Source: Haliotis rufescens
Taxonomy: Eukaryota
Direction of reading: 5' to 3'
Length of the DNA stretch: 64,000 bases
Assembly (NCBI RefSeq): GCF_023055435.1
Contig: NW_025963824.1
Coordinates: 32,674,001 to 32,738,000 of the forward strand
Shown: positions 54,501 through 60,263 of the stretch, piece by piece
How positions within the stretch are numbered: the first letter of the stretch is position 1
How the letters are laid out: each line of letters starts with the position of its first letter
Made by a program: the position numbers and the translations under genes
Notes under the pieces: generated by a model
The model's database searches: none
The model's input: only the letters and a program-made list of their open reading frames with translations
Told to the model about the DNA's origin: nothing

Positions 54501-56850
54501 GGTCTGGGAGATTGTCTTATCTGTCTGGGTGAGGTTTGGGAGATTGTCTTATCTGTCTGGGTGAGGTCTGGGAGATTGTCTTATCTGTCTGGGTGAGGTT
54601 TGGGAGATTGTCTTATCTGTCTGGGTGAGGTTTTGGAGATTGTCTTATCTGTCTGGGTGAGGTTTCGGAAAGTGTCTTATCTGTCTGAGGTTTGGGATAG
54701 TGTCTTATCTGTCTGGGCGAGGTTGTGCCACATGGTGTCGGGAACCTTGTTGTTGTAAAAGATGATGTAGGAGATGGGGAGACTCAGGGCTTCCAGTGCA
54801 GTTCCGCTGTGCCCGGAGACATGAGATCCACCTGCCACGGGCCTACAGGCAGGCACATTTTGAAAATTTGGGGATGGTACGCTGATTGTAAAGACCCAAC
54901 TCATCGCCTTCTGTGTTTTGTTTCAGGGGGGTGGAACACTGATCGTGACGCCGAACGGCGTGCGAATGAACGGGATCAGTCAGAGTTTGCAGAATGGACA
55001 TGTGCCCAATGGTCATGTGACCAGGCGAGAGGGTAATGTGCATCTTGGCAACCGGGGCAGCTCAGAGGTAAGGACTGTTGCTATGGTTACTTGCAGGGGT
55101 TCTGTTACTATGGTTATGGAGCATGTTGCTCCAAATATCTAAGATGCCTCTATTTGCTAGGCAGAGTTTCACCCCTTTGATTATGGGTTCGAAAACCGGG
55201 TCTCACTGATTATTTTTGTTTGTTTACCAGCACCATAACCCTGTTCTTGGGTTTCACCAAAGTGGTAAACGTCGACAACCTCCATCACTCAGGGTTTTCC
55301 TCCCCCGTCAAGCTGGCATATATTGATATAACTGGAATACTGTTCGAAGCAGCGTTACTTAGTGCTAAGATTACTTTGTGCAATGGGCCCCAGGTTAGAA
55401 CTGCTAGTTACGATCGTCTTAGCACTAAGAATACTTTGTGGAATGGGCCCCAGGTTAGAACTGCTAGTTACGATCGTCTTGGCACTAAGATTACTTTGTG
55501 CAATGGGTCCCAGGTTAGAACTGCAAGTTACGATTGTTTTATCACTAAGATCACTTTGTGGAATGGGCCCCAGGTTAAAACTGCTAGTTACGATCGTCTT
55601 GGCACTAAGATCACTTTGTGGAATGGCCCCAGGTAATGTTAGAACTGCTAGTTATGATCGTCTTGGCACAAAGATCACTTTGAGGAACAAGCCCCAGGTA
55701 ATGTTAGAACTGCTAGTTATGATCATCTTGGCACAAAGATTACTTTGTGGAATGGGCCCCAGGTTAGAACTGCTAGTTACGATCATCTTGGCACAAAGAT
55801 CACTTTGAGGAACGAGCCCCAGGTAATGTTAGAACTGCTAGTTACGATCGTCTTGGCACAAAGATTACTTTGTGGAATGGCCCCAGGTAATGTTAGAACT
55901 GCTAGTTACGATCATCTTGGCACAAAGATCACTTTGAGGAACGAGCCCCAGGTAATGTTAGAACTGCTAGTTACGATCGTCTTGGCACAAAGATTACTTT
56001 GTGGAATGGCCCCAGGTAATGTTAGAACAGCTAGTTACGATCATCTTGGCACAAAGGTCACTTTGAGGAACGAGCCTCAGGTAATGTTAGAACTGCTAGT
56101 TACGATCGTCTTGGCACAAAGATTACACTTTGGAATGGCCCCAGGTAATTTTATCAATTGGAGTAAGATCGTCACAGGATCCAGGTTTGATGTAAGTGTT
56201 TCCCTCAGATGATGCAATGTTGACTTGTTTGTTTCTACAAAATGTCTGTGTTTTCCTTTCAGGAGCATCATGGGCTCATTGCTGCCATCCAGGCCTCGTC
56301 TGAGAGTAGCCCTGGATCCACTGGCCGGGAGATGTCCACATACGCGGGGGAAAGTCTGGAGGAGATTGACGGGAGTCTGGAGGACGAGAGTCAAATGACA
56401 TCTGTTGTCACGGCACCCAATGGGGAGGCAGCCATGTTGAAGGTGACCGCCAGTGAAGGGGGAGACAAACCCCGTATCTCTCCATCTCGCCGCGGCAACG
56501 GCGGCACAGGGGCAGCTCAGGCAGCATCTTCATCCCCAACACTCAGGAACAACGGCAGCGGCGGCGGCGGCAGCAGCAACGCAGCTGACAGCACTACCTC
56601 ATCTCACCTGCCAAGCAGCAACACAACCTTGAGGCGGGATCAAGGTCAAGGTCACGAGGACCTACCTCCAACCCCTCCTCCACCTCTCGCAAGCAGCACC
56701 CAGAGCAGTACCTCTACTCAGGAATGTCCGGAGGCCCCGGGGACACATGTTGACAGTCTGCCCCCAAGAGTCGGGGCAGGGATATTACCTCATATGTTTG
56801 TACGTGATGGGACATGGGCAGGTTTAGAGCAATCTGACTCCGTGGTGTAG
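6209..56850 (+). CDS. PRTG: Protogenin-like (DCC/neogenin/IGDCC family) type I membrane receptor, 20 coding exons visible, 5' signal-peptide exon outside window
   Basis: Hand-spliced exons give one continuous frame (3746 nt plus 1 upstream base) with 4 Ig, 5 FN3, a TM helix and a tail. Five FN3 domains rather than six, and motifs RWPRARTVILKC, VQTLEDIPVACPEI and GIIVGVTIGIVCIVIC, resemble protogenin/IGDCC more than DCC/neogenin (recalled family knowledge, not a search). Confidence 0.8.
8085..8258 (-). mobile_element. SINE family 1 copy
   Basis: Full reverse-complement copy; TSD tccttgga. Confidence 0.9.
8298..8657 (+). mobile_element. SINE family 2 (tRNA head, ~350 bp, internal (CA)n, (CACCT)n tail)
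   Basis: Head GACCGCCTCCGTGGTCTAGTGG...GGTTCGATCCC; TSD cacgttctgt. Confidence 0.9.
9329..9501 (+). mobile_element. SINE family 1 copy
   Basis: A and B boxes, shared tail, (ACTC)n. Confidence 0.88.
10199..10370 (-). mobile_element. SINE family 1 copy
   Basis: TSD tcgctatcaga. Confidence 0.9.
10545..10981 (+). repeat. 42-bp minisatellite, ~10 copies
   Basis: tcataccactaggaatgtgataaatcatatcacgtccacgtg. Confidence 0.95.
10981..12650 (-). mobile_element. 5'-truncated decayed non-LTR retrotransposon (CR1/L2-group-like) reverse transcriptase fragment
   Basis: FQKAFDSVDR, GVRQRCILSPTLFNIFLNDL, LLFADDLVL, C-terminal LRLSNHKLNIELGRH...LCSTCSTIDDENH; (TTATC)n-type tail at ~10981-11005; inserted in the 42-bp minisatellite. 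Confidence 0.88.
13488..14056 (+). repeat. 25-27-bp minisatellite interrupted by a family 1 SINE
   Basis: gatccactagttgcaggtgtgtgatat. Confidence 0.9.
15866..16033. mobile_element. Tc1/mariner(pogo)-type MITE
   Basis: TA|CAGTAAACGACGGTTATAACGAA ... TTCGTTATAAACGTAGTTTACTG|TA. Confidence 0.8.
17095..17530 (+). repeat. 24-bp AT-rich minisatellite
   Basis: tgatatacaatatacaatattctc. Confidence 0.92.
18179..18975 (+). repeat. 30-bp minisatellite (~26 copies; degenerate continuation 19400-19640)
   Basis: atacacctacagctggggataacatggtat. Confidence 0.95.
19905..20700 (+). repeat. 27-bp minisatellite
   Basis: cctcactctagtggcagtctgggtccc. Confidence 0.95.
21675..24215 (+). repeat. ~103-bp satellite with nested variable 24-bp subrepeat
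   Basis: gtagtataagtgggttatgttccagtcattatagtg... plus (ccaccttgattccacttactccct) repeated 1-10 times. Confidence 0.95.
25420..25694 (+). mobile_element. SINE family 4 copy
   Basis: tttaggttgg flanks both sides. Confidence 0.85.
26021..26220. other. Assembly gap (200 N)
   Basis: Run of N. Confidence 1.
26910..27168 (-). mobile_element. Family 3 copy
   Basis: Reverse complement with (GTTT)n end. Confidence 0.85.
27359..27643 (+). mobile_element. SINE family 4 copy
   Basis: TSD tatttaatatcc. Confidence 0.9.
28379..28666. mobile_element. Shorter member of the CATCTTCC MITE family inserted in (CACCT)n; truncated opposite-orientation copy at 27915-28225
   Basis: ~70-bp near-perfect TIRs. Confidence 0.85.
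29536..30460 (+). repeat. 72-73-bp minisatellite
   Basis: gttggaaataagggtagcagtgtgttgttgtgtgacattgtaacactcgg... Confidence 0.95.
31373..32738 (+). repeat. Two abutting arrays: 25-29-bp (31373-31762) and 64-bp (31762-32738)
   Basis: cagcctctgtttaggagatgttc; ttaagtcctgtgttattacatctggtgtcatcactg... Confidence 0.95.
33581..33943 (+). mobile_element. SINE family 2 copy nested in a family 3 element
   Basis: TSD gtcaatcactgga; family 3 resumes at 33945. Confidence 0.88.
34905..35300 (+). repeat. 44-bp minisatellite
   Basis: attgtgccattgctggtcaggggatacaggtcatattcctggct. Confidence 0.92.
36096..36243 (+). CDS. Exon B: Ig2 N-half
   Basis: cattgcag|AT ... GAA AA|gtaagt, phase 1/2; FTREPLSQEAFVGGSARFECRIDAFPAPIFKW; not in the ORF track. 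Confidence 0.92.
36275..36840 (+). repeat. 21-bp minisatellite just after exon B donor
   Basis: ccccttgttagctgtgac. Confidence 0.95.
37151..37317 (+). CDS. Exon C: Ig2 C-half
   Basis: gtttcag|A ... ACG G|gtaagt, phase 2/1; SGVLHINNLTLEDTGLYRC. Confidence 0.92.
37472..38004. mobile_element. Second copy of the CAAGCTCCT MITE, inside a 51-bp minisatellite
   Basis: End-to-end similarity to 59734-60263; no clear TSD. Confidence 0.85.
38210..38338 (+). CDS. Exon D: Ig3 N-half
   Basis: atttcag|GC ... CAG G|gtgagt; GETAILECLVDGSPLPNVTW. Confidence 0.92.
38580..39050 (+). repeat. 104-120-bp tandem repeat containing exon E's 3' splice site
   Basis: gtttcag|atcgtaaatccctca four times (AG ending 38708, 38826, 38930, 39034). 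Confidence 0.92.
39035..39187 (+). CDS. Exon E: Ig3 C-half
   Basis: gtttcag|AT ... AAC A|gtaagt; NLKIRSVQKEDAGTYVC. Confidence 0.9.
39250..39462. mobile_element. MITE flanked by TTAA (GGGT...ACCC termini, Kolobok-like)
   Basis: ttaa|gggt...accc|ttaa; inverted cttgtgtacattgatcaatcggaa. Confidence 0.7.
39809..39957 (+). CDS. Exon F: Ig4 N-half
   Basis: ctttcag|TG ... GAG|gtgagt, phase 1/0; PIITTPPQTQRWPRARTVILKCEVDALPEATVRWYRDG. Confidence 0.92.
40058..40330 (+). mobile_element. Family 3 copy
   Basis: Full-length match to 40847. Confidence 0.85.
40472..40595 (+). CDS. Exon G: Ig4 C-half
   Basis: gcttcag|TTC ... AAC A|gtaagt, phase 0/1; SLVIYNVELKHDGYYQCIAENSVG. Confidence 0.92.
40847..41110 (+). 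mobile_element. SINE-like family 3 (~270 bp, (AAAC)n tail, no clear tRNA boxes)
   Basis: CGACCCGTGAAGATCC...GGTCTTCAGCAACCCATGCTTG...GCTGGAATATTGCTGAGTGCGGCGTTAAAC. Further copies near 620-, 3075+, 9950-, 26910-, 29055+, 33285+, 40058+, 45420+, 48400+, 48737+, 52075+. Confidence 0.85.
41252..41389 (+). CDS. Exon H: FN3-1 N-half
   Basis: gttgcag|AC ... AAT G|gtacgt; PKPPQGLKAHALTSKKIFVQW. Confidence 0.9.
41630..42180 (+). repeat. ~56-bp degenerate minisatellite
   Basis: tagacttacgacagtcgttgtgctaaggtgatcgtagc... Confidence 0.88.
42229..42396 (+). CDS. Exon I: FN3-1 C-half
   Basis: tgtgcag|GA ... GAT A|gtgagt; LKPFTNYSVYVKAFNKKGAS...VQTLED. Confidence 0.92.
42784..42955 (+). mobile_element. 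SINE family 1 (tRNA-derived, ~170 bp, (ACTC)n tail), intact copy
   Basis: A box TAGCCTAGTGG, B box GGTTCGATTCC; TSD ctacaatgactaaa. Other copies near 1587+, 1470-, 7178-7515+ (tandem), 8085-, 9329+, 10199-, 13551+, 28895+, 37028+, 42427+, 47420+, 51808+. Confidence 0.9.
43650..43835 (+). CDS. Exon J: FN3-2 N-half
   Basis: gctttag|TT ... AGA G|gtttgt; IQVEW...RNGIITEYEVHY. Confidence 0.9.
43960..44545 (+). repeat. 30-bp minisatellite
   Basis: gatgttactatggaaactgaaggggatgtt. Confidence 0.9.
44584..44706 (+). CDS. Exon K: FN3-2 C-half
   Basis: gttgcag|AT ... TCC T|gtaagt; VQPDEEYYVRVLARTKKGYP...WPW. Confidence 0.88.
44811..45167 (+). mobile_element. SINE family 2 copy
   Basis: TSD caattgtaagt. 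Confidence 0.9.
45931..46119 (+). CDS. Exon L: FN3-3 N-half
   Basis: tgtacag|TC ... CTA G|gtaagt; NASVVVVKW...YQI...YVLTDL. Confidence 0.88.
46097..47415 (+). repeat. 35-bp minisatellite made of exon L end plus donor
   Basis: First unit acaatatgtccttacagacctag|gtaagtacccag; ~37 units. Confidence 0.95.
47554..47800 (+). CDS. Exon M: FN3-3 C-half and FN3-4 N-half
   Basis: gtttcag|AC ... AAG AG|gtgtgt, phase 1/2; STEYEVTITARGNG...ILLTW. Confidence 0.87.
47915..48360 (+). repeat. ~37-bp minisatellite
   Basis: atgtgtcgaaagcctatgttaaagtatgggagtcacg. Confidence 0.92.
48737..49012 (+). mobile_element. Family 3 copy directly upstream of exon N acceptor
   Basis: Full-length match. Confidence 0.85.
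49041..49168 (+). CDS. Exon N: FN3-4 C-half
   Basis: tttccag|C ... GAC A|gtaagt, phase 2/1; GLKPFTKYKFTVR...QTQED. Confidence 0.9.
49870..50037 (+). CDS. Exon O: FN3-5 N-half
   Basis: cctccag|TC ... ACA G|gtaaga; PSAPTN...LHWKPPASPNGVITSYIIFY. Confidence 0.93.
50022..50260 (+). repeat. 32-bp minisatellite made of exon O end plus donor
   Basis: aacctcacccagacag|gtaagaccctcgccca, ~7.5 units. Confidence 0.95.
50857..51051 (+). CDS. Exon P: FN3-5 C-half and stalk
   Basis: gtgcag|GG ... ACA G|gtcagt; YFFKLRACTRAGQGRPS. Confidence 0.9.
51174..51498 (+). mobile_element. SINE family 2 copy with rearranged head
   Basis: Body matches 8298 and 44811; the head fragment agtggtagagcgtcc appears displaced to ~51466. 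Confidence 0.8.
51687..51780 (+). CDS. Exon Q: transmembrane helix
   Basis: tttcag|GT ... AAC AG|gtaggt, phase 1/2; LGIIVGVTIGIVCIVICIVVIVF followed by RNR. Confidence 0.93.
52490..52745 (-). mobile_element. SINE family 4 copy, antisense
   Basis: Reverse-complement match to 3531. Confidence 0.85.
52995..53172 (+). CDS. Exon R: cytoplasmic 1
   Basis: tttacag|A ... AAG|gtacga, phase 2/0; CFRSREPPP...LTPML...SDSK. Confidence 0.85.
53391..53884. mobile_element. MITE with CATCTTCCCGAGGCAAG termini and 9-bp TSD
   Basis: TSD tatttcatg on both sides; long TIRs. Confidence 0.88.
53943..54831 (-). pseudogene. Inverted pseudo-copy of exon O plus downstream intron (source ~49895-50663)
   Basis: Reverse complement reads WI..SPGTAELHWKP*...SYIIFYNNKVPDTMWHNLAQT with a TGA, indels and donor gtaag changed to ataag. 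It continues into the 32-bp array and collinear intronic sequence. Confidence 0.93.
54170..54725 (-). repeat. Antisense version of the 32-bp array, ~17 units
   Basis: ttatctgtctgggtgaggtttgggagattgtc. Confidence 0.93.
54927..55067 (+). CDS. Exon S: cytoplasmic 2
   Basis: gtttcag|GGG ... GAG|gtaagg, phase 0/0, 141 nt; GGGTLIVTPNG. Confidence 0.85.
55360..56150 (+). repeat. 60-65-bp minisatellite
   Basis: ccccaggt(aatgt)tagaactgctagttacgatcgtcttggcac... Confidence 0.92.
56263..56850 (+). CDS. Exon T: last coding exon, Ser/Pro-rich tail ending QSDSVV*
   Basis: ctttcag|GAG in frame with ORF 56242-56850; GC-rich coding-like composition. Confidence 0.85.
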   Translation, partial: EHHGLIAAIQASSESSPGSTGREMSTYAGESLEEIDGSLEDESQMTSVVTAPNGEAAMLKVTASEGGDKPRISPSRRGNGGTGAAQAASSSPTLRNNGSGGGGSSNAADSTTSSHLPSSNTTLRRDQGQGHEDLPPTPPPPLASSTQSSTSTQECPEAPGTHVDSLPPRVGAGILPHMFVRDGTWAGLEQSDSVV

Positions 56851-57444
56851 TGGTGTTGCACCACCCTGGCTAATGATAAACTTGTGTTGTCTACAGACCG
56901 ACCTCATTCATAACGTGGCAACCGCCCACTCACCCACCTTCCGTCTCTCTGTCACCTGCAGTGGCAGGATACATGAACAGACGAACAGAGCCACAGAGGG
57001 TGGGTGTGGTGCCTGCGGCCACGATGCGATGTACTACTATCTTCCTGTGATGCGGGTATTATATATACACACTTTTTTACTTCTCCTTTTAAGAGTGATC
57101 AAGTGGCAAACGTGAACAGATGATACCTCATTTTTAACTACCAACAACTTCTGGAACTGTTGCTATGGAAACAGATCATCTCCTCAGAGACTTGTTTTAT
57201 ATTGTACCTCTTCAGCTGTTTCCATGGCGATGTGTCATGGGGCAGCCAACAGCAATTCATTTGGACTGAGGTGCAAAGGGTAATGTTGCCAATGGTGTTG
57301 CTATGGACATGATGGGTGTTGCTAAGCTCAGGTCAACTGTTGCCATGGAGACTGAAGGTATAGTGTGGACTATGTGATGCACGAGGATGGGGAAAGGGCA
57401 GCTCCTTCTACCTCGATACGGCTATGTATGTATACAGAGCTTTT

Positions 57445-57562
57445 GAACTTCAGGATCAGCATTGCCCGTGGTTGAGGCCACGGGATCTTCAGGGCCTGTG
57501 GTCGAGGCCACAGGATCTTCAGGGCCTGTGGTCAAGGCCACAGGATTTTCAGGGCCTGTGGT
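57445..57562 (+). repeat. 30-bp repeat, ~4 copies, in probable 3' UTR
   Basis: caggatcttcagggcctgtggtcgaggcca. Confidence 0.8.
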
Positions 57563-58731
57563 GTGGTCCACACTACACAATCACCACCAGGACTACGGTG
57601 TTCCCATGCCACACTACCATCGGACTCAAACCACTGCTGCAAAAGACCTGCAAGGGACGTACGGCGGCAGCTAGCGGTGTCGTATCCTACGTGTTTTTCG
57701 TCAACGGTTGCAGGAAGAGGCTGCTGCCATTGCTCCTCCTCCTCCAGACAGACGGCAGCTCATTGGGGAACTCAACTCATAGTTGTAGTGTATTCCATTT
57801 TTGCTATATGACAGTATTTTACTAAACAAATCATGTTACGGTCAAATAAGGTCTAGTTGTCGCTGCTCCTGTCAGGAACGATCCTGCTCTGTGTCGTCGC
57901 GTGTGAGGACTCGTCGACATTGGAGCCATCATTGTGTTTTGTGTATGATGTCACTTCCTGTTTGGAACTGGTACTACTTTTTGTGTATGATGTCATGACT
58001 TCCTGTGTGGAAGCTGTTTTATGTGTATGATGTCACTTCCTCCAGTGGGACATGCTAGTTACCTCATAAGTATCTACCTCACTTCTGCAGTGGCGGCGAT
58101 GTGCTGTGGGCGAGCGTGGAGGGGAAGCAGAGATGGTGACATGGTGGGCGTTGTCTTGAACTCGGTCTATCTCAGGGAGTATCTAAGTCACTATAAACCG
58201 CGAGTCAAAAACTGACGCCTCACTTTGTCCACAGCTGCAGCTGCCACAGGTCGTCGCCATAGCAACTTGGCTGATTAGTCACCTTGCACCCGATGAAGGT
58301 GAAGGTCGACTAATAGCCGGTGCGTACCTCGAAGAGACTGACCTGCATCTGGTGGCCGACCATGACTGTCGACTACAACAGCAACATCTCCGGCTGACGC
58401 TGTTGCGGGATGTCAATGTCAACCGTCTGCTGATTTAACTAGAGTGGGTCAGAATCTGCTAACTATACCTCGGGAGGGGGCGGAATGTTAGTTTCCATGG
58501 TTACTGTCATACCAATCTATATCAGCGTAGTCTTCACGGAGGGGACAAACACGTGGTGGGAGCCAGGGCGGGGTTGGGATCCGGTCTGAAGCAACTACCT
58601 CTGACGTACCTACCGGTTTATTTACAACCATGGTATGCATGCTAAAAACCACATGCAAAACTCACTATAGAACCCAACATAACTCAACACAGACCAACCT
58701 CACCATGTTGGTTTAGCGTAGTCGGTGAGAG

Positions 58732-58762
<31 letters not shown>

Positions 58763-59733
58763 CAGCTGCATCAGGGGGAGGGGGGAGGGTGTGTTTGTGT
58801 TGTCACTAGCTGATGGCAAGACTTGCTGTTGTGGGCTGAGTTTGTTTCGTGTTCCGCGAGGATCTTTCACGCTCAAGAAAAACCACCATTAGTGTCTTTA
58901 TATTAGATTATGAGAAACTCAAATCCAAATTTATTTTATAGAAAACAATTTTCTAGTTTCTATGGCAACTGTACTTTAGGGGGGGAAGGAATCTTTCCCT
59001 GGGAAAATGTAGCAACAGCAAGAAATTCAAGCTGATGACACACAGACAGACATAGCCATATTTGGCTCTCAGTGTTACTTAAACATGGCAGCATTTCTCA
59101 TCTTCAGGTCTGTGTTTTAAACCAAATGGCGATGCAGTTTTTAATTTTTTTAGAAAACTGATAATTTTTCCAATATGTTTACCATTATATACCTCATCAC
59201 AACTCGGGTTTCATAACCCTTCACCCCTTTGCTATGTTATTGGTACAATCCTGGAATATAAGAGGGAGCGTACACTCCAACATAGAGGGGTGACAGGTAA
59301 CTCATGGCAGGAATTGTTGGTTATTTTCATTAGTTTTATGATTTCACATCAGCGATCCCTGGCTCCCCCATCGTGTGATTCTGTAAATAACCTTGTCCCC
59401 CATGTGACAACGGAGATGCACCTGATATGCATGTCTTGTGTTCACTGTTCAGCAGCAAGGATTGTCGAGTGGGTGTGTCTCCCGCTCTCTTCCTCGCCCA
59501 CACTACTCACCCCCAAGAGTAGGTGGTCGAGGAATGGGGAGGGACTGCCGCCATTCAAACCTCAGCTGGGAAAGGGAGGCAACTCTATATAAACTGAAAA
59601 TGTACATGTTGTATGAAAATATGCCAATATCTTCTTCGATTTGTGTTACCTCCAGTTTTGTCCAAGCATATTATTCCAATCTGACGAATGTTGGTTGATT
59701 AGATGCAGTTGCCTCCCCCGCCAGAGAATCGAT

Positions 59734-60263
59734 CAAGCTCCTCACAGCGATAGCCCGTTTGCTGAGCTCTCTTTACTATCGCTGCCACCAGTCAAAACTC
59801 CCCACTGTGAATAGGTGGCCCCAAGCATGTTTGGAGTTGAACTCGCAACCGAATGACCGTTATGTTTACAAAAAGTGACGACTGTCGTGACGCCGAATAC
59901 ACTTATCGCTGCTAAATTACTTTCTTCGTCTGTCAATTTGAATTTCTGTTTCATTAAAACATTCGTGTTGTATATATAGTAAGAATGTAAGAGAGAAGTT
60001 GGTTGATTTCTGTTAGTCTACAATCTCGAACCAATCTGATTATGCAAACAACAAAGTAGATTCATCTGGAAAATATGGTCAGTCGTAAACCTTTTCAAAA
60101 TGAAATATGATGGCATTCCCAAAGACATAAACAAAAGTATAAACGTTACTACATTTGGGGTTAGAGGGCAAATTTCAAGATTCTTGTAATGGCCCCGCCC
60201 ACACTGGTGGCAGCGATGTTACGGAGAGTGTAACGAAGGTGTCACGCGCTGGGAAGGAGCTTG
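59734..60263. mobile_element. ~530-bp MITE, CAAGCTCCT termini, 9-bp TSD (MULE-like), in probable 3' UTR
   Basis: Imperfect ~60-bp TIRs (caagctcct...atcgctgccaccagt); TSD agaatcgat at 59725-59733 and 60264-60272. Confidence 0.88.

Noticed and set aside
54677-54904. Separate minus-strand paralogous gene
   Set aside because: Only one partial exon, with a stop, indels, a lost acceptor and a dead donor; no other minus-strand exons.
6209-56850. Dscam-like mutually exclusive exon arrays
   Set aside because: Each Ig and FN3 half-exon was found once; the only exon duplicate is antisense and disabled.
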